NCBI RefSeq assembly: GCF_006345805.1
Contig: NC_043012.1
Span: 37,200,001 to 37,264,000, forward strand
Direction of reading: 5' to 3'
Length of the DNA stretch: 64,000 nt
DNA from: Octopus sinensis
Taxonomy: Eukaryota
Position numbers and translations under genes: made by a program. The notes under the pieces are model-generated. The model did no database searches, was not told the DNA's origin, and saw only the letters and a list, made by a program, of their open reading frames with translations. The stretch's first letter is position 1. Every line of letters starts with the position of its first letter. Below are positions 12,601 to 24,511 of this stretch, in pieces.

Positions 12601-12997
12601 CTAGCAGTATCGCCCGGCGTTGCTCGGGTTTGTAAGGGATATAACTATATAAGCATTTTTAGAGAGTTATAGCCAAAAAATAGCAAAAAAATGCATTAAA
12701 AATGAAAAAAATGATGGTAAATTTTTTTTTAAATCGTTGACTCATCGTAGACATTTCTAGAGAGTTACTTCCCTTATATAATAGCGAAAAAATGCATTAA
12801 AATGGAAAAAAAATGATGGTAAATTTTTTTTTAAATCGTAGACTCATCGTAGACGCGCGCTAATACCCAGAAGGGCTCGATATGAATCACGACTATAAGA
12901 TACCCGGTTTTGGTTAAACTGCACCGCAAAATGTGGGAGTAGTTAGGAATCTAAATCGTAGGAGACAGACACACAACTTCACTTTTATATATAAAGA
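12601..12997 (-). mobile_element. Non-autonomous Helitron-like element
   Basis: Minus strand A|TC ttta tatataaaagtgaagttgtgtg ... gagcaacgccgggcgatactgCTAG|T. No TSD. Internal ~90 bp tandem duplication at 12660-12850. Confidence 0.75.
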
Positions 12998-13191
12998 TAT
13001 ATATATATTACATACATATAAGAGGGTGAATAATGGATGTCCACTTAGTGGTCATCCCTCTTATATGTATGTAATATAATTTTTCTGAACCTTCAGATTT
13101 TTCAATATGCTAGACCACTGGTTTTAAATTGATATTAATCAAATTAATATTCAAATTTTTCACCCTTATTATTTTAAATTGCAATATACAT

Positions 13192-13223
<32 letters not shown>

Positions 13224-13380
13224 TATCAAAAGTGTAGGTGGCATACGAGTGGGTATATATTTATAAAAAAGAAGTTTGAAAATGCCACTATATATGATAA
13301 ATTTTTATTTTCTTTTACATGTTTCGGTTCTTTTTGAAAAAATAAACCTTATCAAAAATATTTTAAAAAGTTAAGTGTAA

Positions 13381-13648
13381 TAAAAAAGTTCATAATTGTT
13401 TCTTTCTAGTCTCAACAGAGTCCACGTGGTGTTTTTTGTGGGGGAGAGCATAATGGCTGTCTTGTGCGTTGACTAGAATCGTTGGCTGTAATTGTGAAAG
13501 TGACCATTGGCCATACCATACGGTTACTTTCGTGATTACAGCCAATGATTCTAGTCAATACACACGACAGCCATTATGCTCCCTGCCACAAAAAACCACC
13601 ACGTGGACTCTGTTGAGACGAGTAAGAAACAATGATGAACTTTTTTTA
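13381..13648. mobile_element. Long palindromic (fold-back/MITE-like) element
   Basis: ~125-bp imperfect inverted arms (13381-13506 / 13521-13648) with a ~15-nt loop. Confidence 0.65.
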
Positions 13649-13910
13649 ATCCAGTTCACCCAGCTGGAAAAATGAACCTTTTGGGGGTTGATAAATTAAG
13701 TACCCCCTTCTCCCCAAAATTTCAGGTCTTGTGCCAATAGTAGAAAGGATTATCATTATCATTATTATTATTCCACCGAGGTTGACTTTACCTTTCATCC
13801 TCTCGGGGTCGATAAATTAAGTACCAGTTACGCACTGGGGTCGATGTAATCGACTTAATCCGTTTGTCTGTCTTTGTTTGTCCCCTCTATGTTTAGCCCC
13901 TTGTGGGTAG

Positions 13911-13941
<31 letters not shown>

Positions 13942-14156
13942 TTATTATGGTAGTGAGTTGGCAGAATTGTAAGCATGACAAGCAAAATGCTATGCAGCAT
14001 TTTGTCTGTGTTTCTGTTCTGAGTTCAAATTCCACTGAGGTCGTTCTTGCCTTTCATCCTTTTGGGGTCAATAAATTAAGTACCAGTGTAGCACTGGGGT
14101 CAATGTAATCTACACCCCCCTCCCACATAGTCACTGGCCTTGTGTAAAAATTCCAG

Positions 14157-14495
14157 TCTGTGTGTGTGTGTCCTTTATACAAATCCACAATTTTTCAGTT
14201 AGAGGGCTCATACTTTCTATGGTCATTCAAAACCGTCCAAGGGTGGTCGTGCACATCTTTACATTTCCCCAGTCACCCCGCAAAGCCATTAAAAAATCAA
14301 TAGAAGTGACTTTTTTGTGAATTTTCTATCCAAATCCCAATCAAAATGCCCGATACTTGATATGCCAATTGAATGCCAGCTAGCTGTATGTGACTGGTCA
14401 GAGATTTGGACAGTACTCACGTGTATGTGCACACGCACACAGTTGTATATGGATGCCCTAGCAGTATGACCCAGCGTTGCTGGGTCATAGTGCTA

Positions 14496-14496
<1 letters not shown>
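14157..14496 (+). mobile_element. Second copy of the same Helitron-like family (5'-truncated), inverted relative to 11314-11672
   Basis: ~340 bp of high similarity. Ends ctagcagtatgacccagcgttgctgggtcatagtgCTAG|T. Confidence 0.6.
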
Positions 14497-14539
<43 letters not shown>

Positions 14540-14867
14540 GTTGGTGAGCTGTATTTTAATGGGGCCACCCTTGTCACACTCTGTATTGTACTGAATCTCC
14601 CTAAGAACTAAGTTATGGGTACATGCTCACCCACTTACAGGTTTAATTTCCCGAGCAGGATGTTCTGTTGATCGGATCAACCGGAACTGACGGACTGCCA
14701 GTTGCTGTTGGATAGAGAACTTGTGATTGTTATGTAAGTAAGAAGACCTACTAGGAAACCAATGGACAGATGTTGTTTCTGCTACTATTTCAGAGATTTC
14801 TCCTCAGCTATCGGTTACTATGTCAACAGGTTAACCTACACCGATTCTATGAAACTTCATAACTTAC

Positions 14868-14917
14868 TAAACAACTGATATCTTATCGTTTGTTGGTCAG
14901 CAGCAAGAGAGTCAATC
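14868..14917 (-). CDS. Candidate small exon (M)IDSLAADQQTIRYQLF; phase-compatible with SWSAP1-like exon 2
   Basis: Long T-rich tract upstream on the minus strand, aag| acceptor, |gtaagt donor, only one open frame, phase 2 to 1. No recognisable homology. Confidence 0.3.
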
Positions 14918-16379
14918 CTTTAAATTCAGAGGACGTAAAAAATTAAAAACGTAAAGCAAAAAACAAGCAAAAACAAACAAGCACAAAAAAATGCTAACAA
15001 AAAAAAACAAAAACGAGATAAAAAAAACCTCGTTAATGAATGAGAAGGCAAATATTTTGCCATGGCATCATAAACAGTGAGATATGTGGAATGAGTCATT
15101 TAGCAAGACTTAGCTAATTAATTGAAAGCAAGCAAACGAGGAAGGTCGGCAAATGACCAGAACAAATGAATGCTATCAATATTTTATTGCTAGCAAACAA
15201 AACCATGAATGAATATATAAAATATATATATATATATATAAAATATATTATACATATATATATTATATATGCATACACACACACACCTAACTGTCCAGTA
15301 AGGAGAAGTAATTATTAACTGACCACTAGTGTTGGTCAGTGGTGTAGCTTTCTGTCTCGAACTAAATTCCAGCCAATAATAAAGGAGATGGTTAAAATCA
15401 TGCAACAAACTCTGTTGTAGAAACGTAGCTTAGTGGTTAGGCCATTCATCTCATGATCACAAGGTCATGGGTTCAATTCCTGGCAGCACATTGGCAGGCC
15501 ATGTTAGAGTGTTTATGCCACCATAACCTAGCAGTTCAGCAAAAGATACTGATAGAATTAGTGACAAGTTTAAAAACAAAACAAAAAGCTCTGGAGTCGA
15601 TTTTTTTTTTTATTAAATTTTTTCAAGACAGTGCTCCAGCATGGCCGCACTCTAATGAGTGAAACAAGTAAAGAATAAAAAGTAAAAGATATTTAACTGG
15701 GATCCCCTCATTAACAAATACAACCCTATCTAACTGAAAACCCTTAAATTTCTGGCCCTATACATTGCTGTAATCCCTCTTGTGTTCACAGATGTTATGA
15801 AGACAGGCTTAAGTGGTGGCAGAACTGTTAGCATACTGGACAAAATGTTTAACTGGTTTTCGTTCATCCTTGCATTCAGAGTTCAAATTCCACTGAAGTC
15901 AGTTTTGCTTTTCATCCTTTCGGGGTCAATAAAACAAGTACCAGTTGAGCACTGGGGTTGATGTAATCGACTTAATCCCTTTGTTTCGATTAATTTTTAA
16001 AATAATGAAAAATTTAGTGAAATAACTTTTGTCCTTATAAAACTGGGGTTTGGAACTTAACATGAAATTTTTAGGGAAAGTTTTAATTTTAATCATTTTA
16101 AAACAGAAAGTTTATAACATAGGACCAGGGGCAGTCTCTGGCAGGCTGGTCTATATGAAACGGGCTGAAGTGGACTACTTTGTTCGCAGATGAGTTTCTT
16201 CCTACACAGTTGCACTGATTCTTCTCAAACCCTTCATTAAATATTTCCTAAATTTCTTTTACCAAACTCTGCAAGGCTATGCCACTCAATTCTCTTCAAT
16301 TACAATACATTAATTTACATAATTCATCGTTTATTCTAAATTCAAGATGATTATATACCCTCAGATGCTAGAATGAGCC

Positions 16380-16873
16380 TTAACACTTTTCATACCAACC
16401 TGGCTGAAACTGCCTCTGGCTCTGTAGTACAAATGTCTTGTTTCCAAAAGTTCTGAATTAAAATCTCCCACCAAACCTTAGTCACAATTTATGTTCCTAA
16501 CACTAACTTAACAATAACTAAGTTATTTTAATAAATTCTTTGTTATATTTAAAATTAATTGAAAGAAACACAGAGCATCTCAACAGAAATATGGTAACAA
16601 AAGGGTTAAAATATATAATAGAGATTCTTAACAATTCTTAACCTTTTTGATACCAACCCAGCTGAAACCGGTTCCAGTTCTGGCTTTGTAGTACAAATGT
16701 CTTGTTTGCATAAGTTTTGAATTAAAGTCTTCCACCAAACCTTAACCAAAATTTATGTTCCTTACACAAACTGAATGATAACTAAGTTATTTTACTAAAT
16801 TCTTTGTTATATTTGAAATTAATTGAAAGAAACACAGAGCATCTCAACAGAAATATGGTAATGAAAGGGTTAA
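16380..16873 (+). mobile_element. Two tandem TTAA-flanked piggyBac-type MITEs (16380-16609 and 16638-16873)
   Basis: Each begins TTAA-C(A/C)CTTT/CCTTT..ataccaacc and ends atatggtaa..aaagggTTAA. Confidence 0.7.
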
Positions 16874-17332
16874 AGAGTAAAGACCCCCTTCAGTCATGGA
16901 TGACTGTGAGATTGCGCCTAGAAAGTTCCCCACCTAGGTACAAGTTCGGGCAACGTTGTTTATGGATGACCAGCAGTCATCCATGCACACCAGCCTCTCC
17001 TCTCCATGCCACCGATGTTATCCAAAGGAAAGGCAAAGGGGCCGATACAGCTTGGCACCAGTGACATCGCAACTCATTTTTACAGATGAGTGAACTGGAG
17101 CAACGTGAAATAAAGTATCTTGCCCAAGAACACAATACATAACCAGGTCTGGGAATCGAACTCACTACCTCATGATTGTGTGTCCAACACTGTAACCACT
17201 GAGCAGTAACATTTACCTCCACAAATTATAAGCAAAAAAATTCTCCTTTTTTCAATAACAACAATGACAACAATAATCCTTGGCAGAATTTGAACTCAGA
17301 ATGTTAAGACAGACAGGCATTTCATTCACCAC

Positions 17333-17377
<45 letters not shown>

Positions 17378-17598
17378 CCTTTCTACTATAGGCACAAGGC
17401 CTGAAATTTGGGGGAGAAGGTGGGGGGCAGTCGATTAGATCAACCTCAATACACAACTGGTACTTAATTTATTGACCCCTAAAAGGACGAAAGACAAAGT
17501 GAACCATGGCAGAATTTGAACTCAGAACGTAGTGGCAGACAAAATGCCGCTAAGTATTTTACCCAGCATGCTAACGACACTGCCAGCTAACCGCCTTC

Positions 17599-17650
<52 letters not shown>

Positions 17651-18363
17651 TATGGTAATAATAATGGTAATGATAATACAACAAAAGTTTGAATGATGGA
17701 CAGAATAAAGGTAAATGGAGACAAAAAAGGTGAAGGTGTGAAGTGGGATAGGGGGTCCTGCATAAAAAGGAGCAGGCAATGCCTGGGGCAGGGCGGGGGA
17801 AGACATGAAGACTTAAGTATGTAAGAAGAATAATGATGTATTATGTAAGATTGTGGTGATTGGTGGTTGTAATTAGGTGGATGTGGGAGGTGCAGATGTG
17901 TTTTTGAAATGAGGTTAAAAAGCCCTAATAAATAGGGGAGGCCTTTGAAAATGAAGGGACACAATTGCAGAGAAGAAATATTTCTCTTTTGTTTAATTCA
18001 TTAGAGCAGGAATGTAAAATAGATGATTAGGCATCCACACACACACACACACATGCAAAAAGTGTTTTATTCCCATATTTATGGACATTTTAAGGGTCAA
18101 ATGTTAGTGGTGGTGGTGGTGGTGGTGATGATAATGGTGGTGGTGGTGGTGGTAGTATATAAATTACTTTCTGATTAAGAAAGAAAGAAGAGAGAGGAAG
18201 AAACTGCAGACCAAATTTGGAGAAATTTATGTTGATTAAGGCTAACAAATTGGTTAAGGCCTGTATACACATATATGTATACGTATGCGTGTGTGTGTCT
18301 TTGTGTGTATATAAATATACACGTGTGTGTATATATATATAAATATATATATATGTATATATG

Positions 18364-18672
18364 AAGGCGCATGGCTCAGTGGTTAAAGCGTTGAACTTAT
18401 GACCGTCAGTTGTGAGTTCAAATCCCGGATTTGTGTTGTGTTCTTGAGCAAGACATTTTATTTCACATTGCTCCTATTCACTCAGCTGTAGAAATGAGTT
18501 GTGACGTCACTGGTGCCAAGCTGTATCGGCCCCTTTGCCTTTCCCTTGGATAACATTGGTGGCATGGAGAGGGGAAGCTGGTATGTATGGGTGACTGCTG
18601 GTCTTCCATAAACAACCTTGTCCGGACTTTCTAGGTGCAATCTCATGGTCATTTGTGACCGAAGGGGGTCTC
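18364..18672 (+). mobile_element. tRNA-derived SINE, family B (also 16885-17215(-), 19080-19335(-), 5090-5390)
   Basis: ggctcagtggttaaagcg A-box, gagttcaaatccc B-box, and body cttgagcaagacattttatttcac...cactcagctgtagaaatgag. Confidence 0.8.
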
Positions 18673-19588
18673 TGATATATATATATTATATATATATATA
18701 TATATAAATTAGAGAAAAACCACTATTATGTGGTTGTCCACTTTTCCATGCTTGCATGGGTTGGATAGAATTTGCTGAGGTGAATTTTCTATGGCTGGAT
18801 GTCTTTCCTGTTGCGAACCCTCAATATTTCCCCAAGTCTTTCAAACACAAACAGCAGAACGGTCTGACGGTTTTGCATGTAAAATTGCAAGTGATCAACA
18901 CCACATGTATGAGGGTGATGTTTGTTTACAACAAAGCATGTGATGTTCAAGACTGAGACACACAAACACATACACACACACATACCCGCATGCACACACA
19001 CGCAGACACATGCTACTTCTCTGTCAGTTACAACAACAAGTGTTTCAGTTAATCCAACCAAGAGAGCAGCCTGCTCATGAAATTAACGTGCAAGTGGCTG
19101 AGTACTCCACAGACACATGTACTCTTAATGTAGTTCTCAGGGAGGTTCAGCCTGATACAGAGTGTGACATGGCTGGCCCCTTTGAATTACAAGTACAACT
19201 CACTTTTGCCAGCTTAGTTTGAGTGGAACAACAAGAAATAAAGTGTCTTGCTCAAGGACACAATGTGGTGCCAGGAACTGAACCCACGAACTTACAACTG
19301 TGAGCTGAATACCCTAACCACTAGGCCGTGTTTCTTTACATACAAAGAGCTTCATTTAGATTCCATCTGCCAAATCCACTCACAAGACATTGGTCTGCTG
19401 GAACTTTGCTCAAAGTGAGGCACAGTGGGACTGAACCTGAAACCTGTCTGGTTGCAAAGCAAACTTCTTGGCCAGCCAGTTAAGCCTGTATTGAAGAATT
19501 ATTTATTAATCAATGTAATCAGATCTCTCTATCAGGAAGAGAATCACGTCCGGAAAATGGAATAAATGACAGAAATCGATTTACTCAC

Positions 19589-19744
19589 ATAAATTTCACC
19601 ATTCCAAGAGAGGCAGAGCTTGGTTTTGACATTCCATGAACGGTCAATGGAAGATGTGTGAAAGGTTCTTGACAAATGTAGGTGACGTGGTTTCCTTCTT
19701 TGGCATAAGAAATGGCACACTGGAAAAGTAGGGAACTTTTATTC
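19589..19744 (-). CDS. SWSAP1: Second coding exon of the SWSAP1-like gene: (M)NKSSLLFQCAISYAKEGNHVTYICQEPFTHLPLTVHGMSKPSSASLGMVKF(M/I)
   Basis: Strong acceptor tttctttttttctacag| and donor AT|gtgagt; 156 nt, phase 2-2, open frame. The KSSLLFQ helix, the V-T-Y-I strand and the LP..VHG segment recall the N-terminal RecA-fold half of SWSAP1 (human GKTALLFAAALEAAGEGQGPVLFLTRRPL). Confidence 0.75.
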
Positions 19745-19792
19745 CTGTAGAAAAAAAGAAATGGTTTTGGAACAAAGGAATAAAGAAATATA

Positions 19793-19965
19793 AGAAAAGT
19801 TCCTGGCTTTGGATAAAAGAAAATACAAGAAGATCAATTAATTATGATTTTATTCAAAATATTCCCCTCTCAGATTCACACATTTATTGCAGTGGTCCTT
19901 CAGTTTCTCTAAGCTCTGTAAAAGAAATTGGAAGGTTGGGCCTTCAACCAGACTGTTCCCTATAC
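19793..19965 (-). mobile_element. Same mariner 3' end in opposite orientation, ~50 nt upstream of the SWSAP1-like exon 2 acceptor
   Basis: aaaagttcctggctt...ggaaggttgggcc is the reverse complement of 24330-24495. Confidence 0.65.
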
Positions 19966-20490
19966 CCTTAAAACCAGGAACTTTCCAGTATCCCCTCATA
20001 TATTCAGGCTAAAGTCAATATAAGGGAGCATCTGATGAGGACGGTCTTCTTTGTAAGGATGTAATGCTTTCATTGATCAATTAAGGAAGTCTCTCGAAAT
20101 GGCTGTAATGGATTGACAATTATACATCTTTGTTCCTAATTTATATTTTATTCACCCACCCCGGATTCTGCACAAACAAGAGTGGATGTATTCACTAAGT
20201 TGGATCATGCCATCCACATACACTGCATGAATATCGGGTGGAACAAAATTCCATGTAGAGTTTGATACTCACCTGATATTGGCTGAGTGTGGAAATAAGT
20301 TTGTTCTAACAAGGTGCCTCAATTTAAGTACCTAATTCAATTGAATCTAAATCACATGTTATATATATATATGGTAATTGTCTACACCCTACTCCTTATG
20401 CAAAGTTTGACCACCTCCTGTACCTACACCTTAGCACTATCATGGCATCTGATGTGGCTTTTTAAACCAGACAATGTTTTGAAAAGACAC

Positions 20491-20537
<47 letters not shown>

Positions 20538-20615
20538 TTGGGTACAAAAATTCAGGGTGAATACTTGATAATTGTAAGCACCTGTATATACCATTTAGTG
20601 GTGTAGGTGATAGAG

Positions 20616-21036
20616 TATATTTATCAAAATAAAAACATGATGCAAAGGATTTAGCGGTACATATGTTTCGGGCCTTTATTAGATGGTTTATAACAATGCA
20701 TAATTGATGTAAATGTGTGTCTATAGCCTTCTTCAGCCGCGTACAATTACTACTTCAAGGACATGTATTACATTATAAGTTTTACGTCGAGTGAAAAACG
20801 GGATGGACGCTTTGATTTTGTATTGGTGCCTCGCTCTGTCATACGCGACTATGAGGATTTGCATCCCCAACGTAAAACTTATAATGTAATACATGTCCTT
20901 GAAGTAGTAATTGTACGCGGCTGAAGAAGGCTATAGACACATATTTACATCAATTATGCATTGTTATAAACCGTCTAATAAAGGCCCGAAACATATGTAC
21001 CGCTAAATCCTTTGCATCATGTTTTTATTTTGATAA

Positions 21037-21041
<5 letters not shown>
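20616..21041. mobile_element. Near-perfect 172-bp inverted repeat, each arm carrying an intact minimal type I hammerhead motif
   Basis: Arms 20616-20787 / 20870-21041 with 2 mismatches and an 82-nt spacer. GCGG-CUGAAGA-stem II-GAAAC-AUAU-GUA-CCGC at 20917-21003 (+), mirrored at ~20654-20740 (-). Abuts (TA)n. Confidence 0.75.
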
Positions 21042-21069
<28 letters not shown>

Positions 21070-21681
21070 ATGTATATATAAATTTATATAAATAAGGATA
21101 AGATCATTATTTATTTCGTCCCTGTATTTACTGCGACGATATTTTGACCATATCTCATGGAATTAAACGGTAGGCATTTTGAACTGGCCATGATGCATAC
21201 GTGCATATATATGTGGGTATACGTTCATATATGTAAGTAATTGTATGGTGTATTTATATATATATGTCTATATATATATAAGCTAATATATATATGTGAA
21301 GCTAATAAGTCTTTAAAAACCTGTGATAAGTCTGTGCATCATCCTCCTCATAACTCTGGAAATTTAAATCTACACTATGGATTGATTCATCTTCTCTTCG
21401 AAACTAATAAGTTTTTTAAAAATCTGTGATAAGACTGTGCATCATCATTAAGGAACTTTGGAAAACTGTTTACAACCTATATCTGCCTCTAATGGAACTA
21501 TCTCCAATATCTCATGAGTATAACCTCACCCACTAAGATGTCTAGAGAACTCAAATGTATTTTAGCTGATGAGTACGGGACACTTTTATCTGCTGCAATT
21601 TTTGCAACTTGTAATAAAGCCTGTCTTTGTATGAAACAATTGTACTAAAAACCAATCCATTCTTGTTGCTTCTTTCTCGTC

Positions 21682-21712
<31 letters not shown>

Positions 21713-21929
21713 TTATGTTTCTCTTCTGTGTGTATTCTACTGATGATGCAAAGCATTCCTAAATGCAAAGTCAGAAATCCAAGATCTAGAATTATCCAGT
21801 AATTTTTTACTAGTTTCATCTTGTCTCTTTGCTTTATATCCGTGTTGATATATGGACAATTAAGGTGGTTTTAGAGTCAGATCATGGCTGCTATTTTCAG
21901 CATGGTGGTATCTTGTAGATACCCTAATT

Positions 21930-21971
<42 letters not shown>

Positions 21972-22180
21972 TATATATCTAGGCATATGAGCATATGTGC
22001 GCATTTTTTAACTACATGTGTGATGTGTGTATTTATCTATGTGCATATGTGCATGTGTGCATTTATCTATATAAATGTGCATTTATGTGCATACATCTAT
22101 ATATGTACATTTATTTATCTATATACATATATGTTTATGTACATATGCGTGCATTCATCTATATATATGTATTTGTGTAC

Positions 22181-22217
<37 letters not shown>

Positions 22218-22849
22218 TATGTATGTGTGCAGTTATTTATCTGTGTATGTATTTTTCTAAGTATGCATCAATAAATTTCTGAAAAAATGTTAAATGAAAC
22301 CATTACCGTTGTTTGGAGAGATAAGAGTGGAAGAAGAAAAAAAAAAGTGGAACTTTAAAAAAATATCAAAAATGTTTTTTTATAATTCATAATCTCCAAT
22401 ATTTAATATAGAGAAATATAAAGAATGCTGAACATATCATCTAAGATAAAACATGTCTAAAGAGACAGGGTGGTCATAGTTGGAAAGTCTCTGATTACAG
22501 TCAGCTGGATCAAAATTAAATTGGTTTTAAATAACAATAACATTTTTTGTTTTTTTTATGTCTGTTTCCCTCCCCATGCTGGCATGGGTTAGAGGAATAC
22601 ATTATTGAGGCATTATTTGGAAGTAGGATGCCCTTCTGGTTGCTAATGCTTACGTGTTTTTCAAATGAGGAATCTTCTATTCTGTACATCTTTGAAGCTA
22701 CAAAAGCAGCAGATGGTTTCTTGTGAAGAAATGAAATGACAACAGCATCACTTCTTGGAGTGCTCAACCATTTTTGAAGAAGCACAAATGCAAAAAAAGC
22801 ACACACACACACACACACACACATGTGTGATTCATTATTATCATTGATC

Positions 22850-22985
22850 CTAGCTTCTTTAGAGACCATCAGATAGCAAAGCTTTCTCCAGGTCGACAAA
22901 AGCTCAGTGTAATGGTTAAATTCTTTTCGTGCAACTGTCTCACTAGAAAGATGGCATCCATGATACTCCTCCCAGGAACAAAACC
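22850..22985 (-). mobile_element. Short RTE RT fragment
   Basis: Minus translation GFVPGRSIMDAIFLVRQLHEK...WSLKKLG matches the 40.3 kb RTE copy. Confidence 0.7.
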
Positions 22986-23251
22986 AACAGTGATGATCAT
23001 TATCATCGTCTTTTAATGTCCAGTTTGCAAGGGTCAGACGGCAGAGTTTTGTACGTCAGGATGCTTTTCCTGTTGACAACCTTCATCCGCTTCCAAGCAA
23101 AGTAATAATTCTCCATGGCCAGACATGCTGACACAAGACATTGGAATGCATGTATGAGAATGGCCTTCATTTACAACTCTCATGCGATATCAAGACAAAG
23201 AGGCACACACACACGCACACACACACACACACACATGCACGCATGCACACA

Positions 23252-24126
23252 CACAGAGTTTTGGGGTTAAATTTGATGATCTTCATGTGTTTCCTTTTGA
23301 TGTATTGGTGAAGAGTCAGTGGTGTTGGAGAGTATAAAGATTAAGGTTGAAGCTGAGGAAAGCTTTGCTGACATGGAGGAACTGGAGACCATCTGAATGT
23401 GGGAAAAAGGTGACCCGTACCGTGATGATTCGTGCCGGGTATCAAAATACTGACATCGTGACTGTTGCTCAATGCTCTAAGAACACTGTAAAGGCTGTGA
23501 GACATAGCATGGACAGCTGTCAAGCCATGACCAGCAGAAAGAGACACAACAAGCATCCTGCCTTTATCTGGATGCCAGAATACATCCCCACATCTTTGAG
23601 CCGAGCCTTAAGCTCAATTCAGATGGCTAAGTGAAGCTGCTGGATACTGTGGTCAATCCGTGACTGGAAAGGGTTATTCCAGGAAGGCTGGAATAGGGGA
23701 AGCAGGATTCAGCTCCTTGCCACACCCCTGAAGAGAGTCAGAAGTGGTTGTCAGAGAATTTCTATGACTTCACCAGCCCCAATTTCTGGCCTCGTCATTC
23801 CCTGCTGATTGTAATCCCATGGACACTCTGTATGGGGTGCAGTTGAGACAAACACCAGATGCTCTGTCTGCAACATTAAGGCCAAGCTGGAGGAGGTATT
23901 CAAAGATCTCTCCAAGCACACAGGGAGGAATGCATGTGTCACATTCCAGAGCCGTGTTGAGTCCTTGGTGGAAGCCGAGGGCAGCTTCACTGAGTAAACT
24001 GCCATCTCCCAACAATTCTCTAGGAGGTATTTTTTGAATTTTTAAAAATATTTTTACATTTGGACAAGATATTGTGCTTTGTTTTCCTTTAATGGAAATT
24101 GTCAAATTTAGCCTGAACATCCTGTA
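23252..24126 (+). mobile_element. Internally deleted Tc1/mariner-superfamily DNA transposon relic
   Basis: Broken transposase text ...QDSAPCHTPEESQKWLSENFYDFTSPNFWP..SP..CNPMD...EGSFTE. Degenerate ~28 bp TIRs (cacagagttttggggttaaatttga / tcaaatttagcctgaacatcctgta). Confidence 0.8.
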
Positions 24127-24319
24127 CATATACAATGGTCTTCTTTAATTTCTGCCAACCAAATCTACTCACAAGGTTTTGGTCAGCCCAGGACTGTAGT
24201 TGAAGACACTTGCCCAAGATGCCATGCCGTGGGATGAACCTAAAACTGTGTGGTTGGGAAGCAAACCTCTTAACCACATAGCTACAACTAAGAAGGAGAG
24301 CTATAAAGTTCTTGGCTTT

Positions 24320-24511
24320 AAGGGTCTCATGAAAGGCCTGGTTTAAGACCCAACCTTCCAAGTTCTGTTACAGGGCTTAGAAAATCTGAAGGACCACTGC
24401 AATAGGGGTGTGAATGTGAGAAGGGGAATATGTCCAATAGAATCATAATTAACCGATCCTCTTGTATTTTCTTTTACCGAAAGCCAGGAACTTTTCAAGC
24501 AGCCCCTCGTA
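24320..24511 (+). mobile_element. mariner-type transposon 3' end
   Basis: AWFKTQPSKF...GLE.LKD.CNR.VNVR.GEY-like relic ending in TIR aggaacttttcaagcagcccctcg+TA. Confidence 0.7.

Noticed and set aside
14702-14828. Plus-strand two-exon pair LLLDRELVIVI/DFSSAIGYYVNR
   Set aside because: The acceptor is supplied by a SINE end, the intron is only ~59 nt, the second donor is weak, and there is no supporting exon elsewhere.
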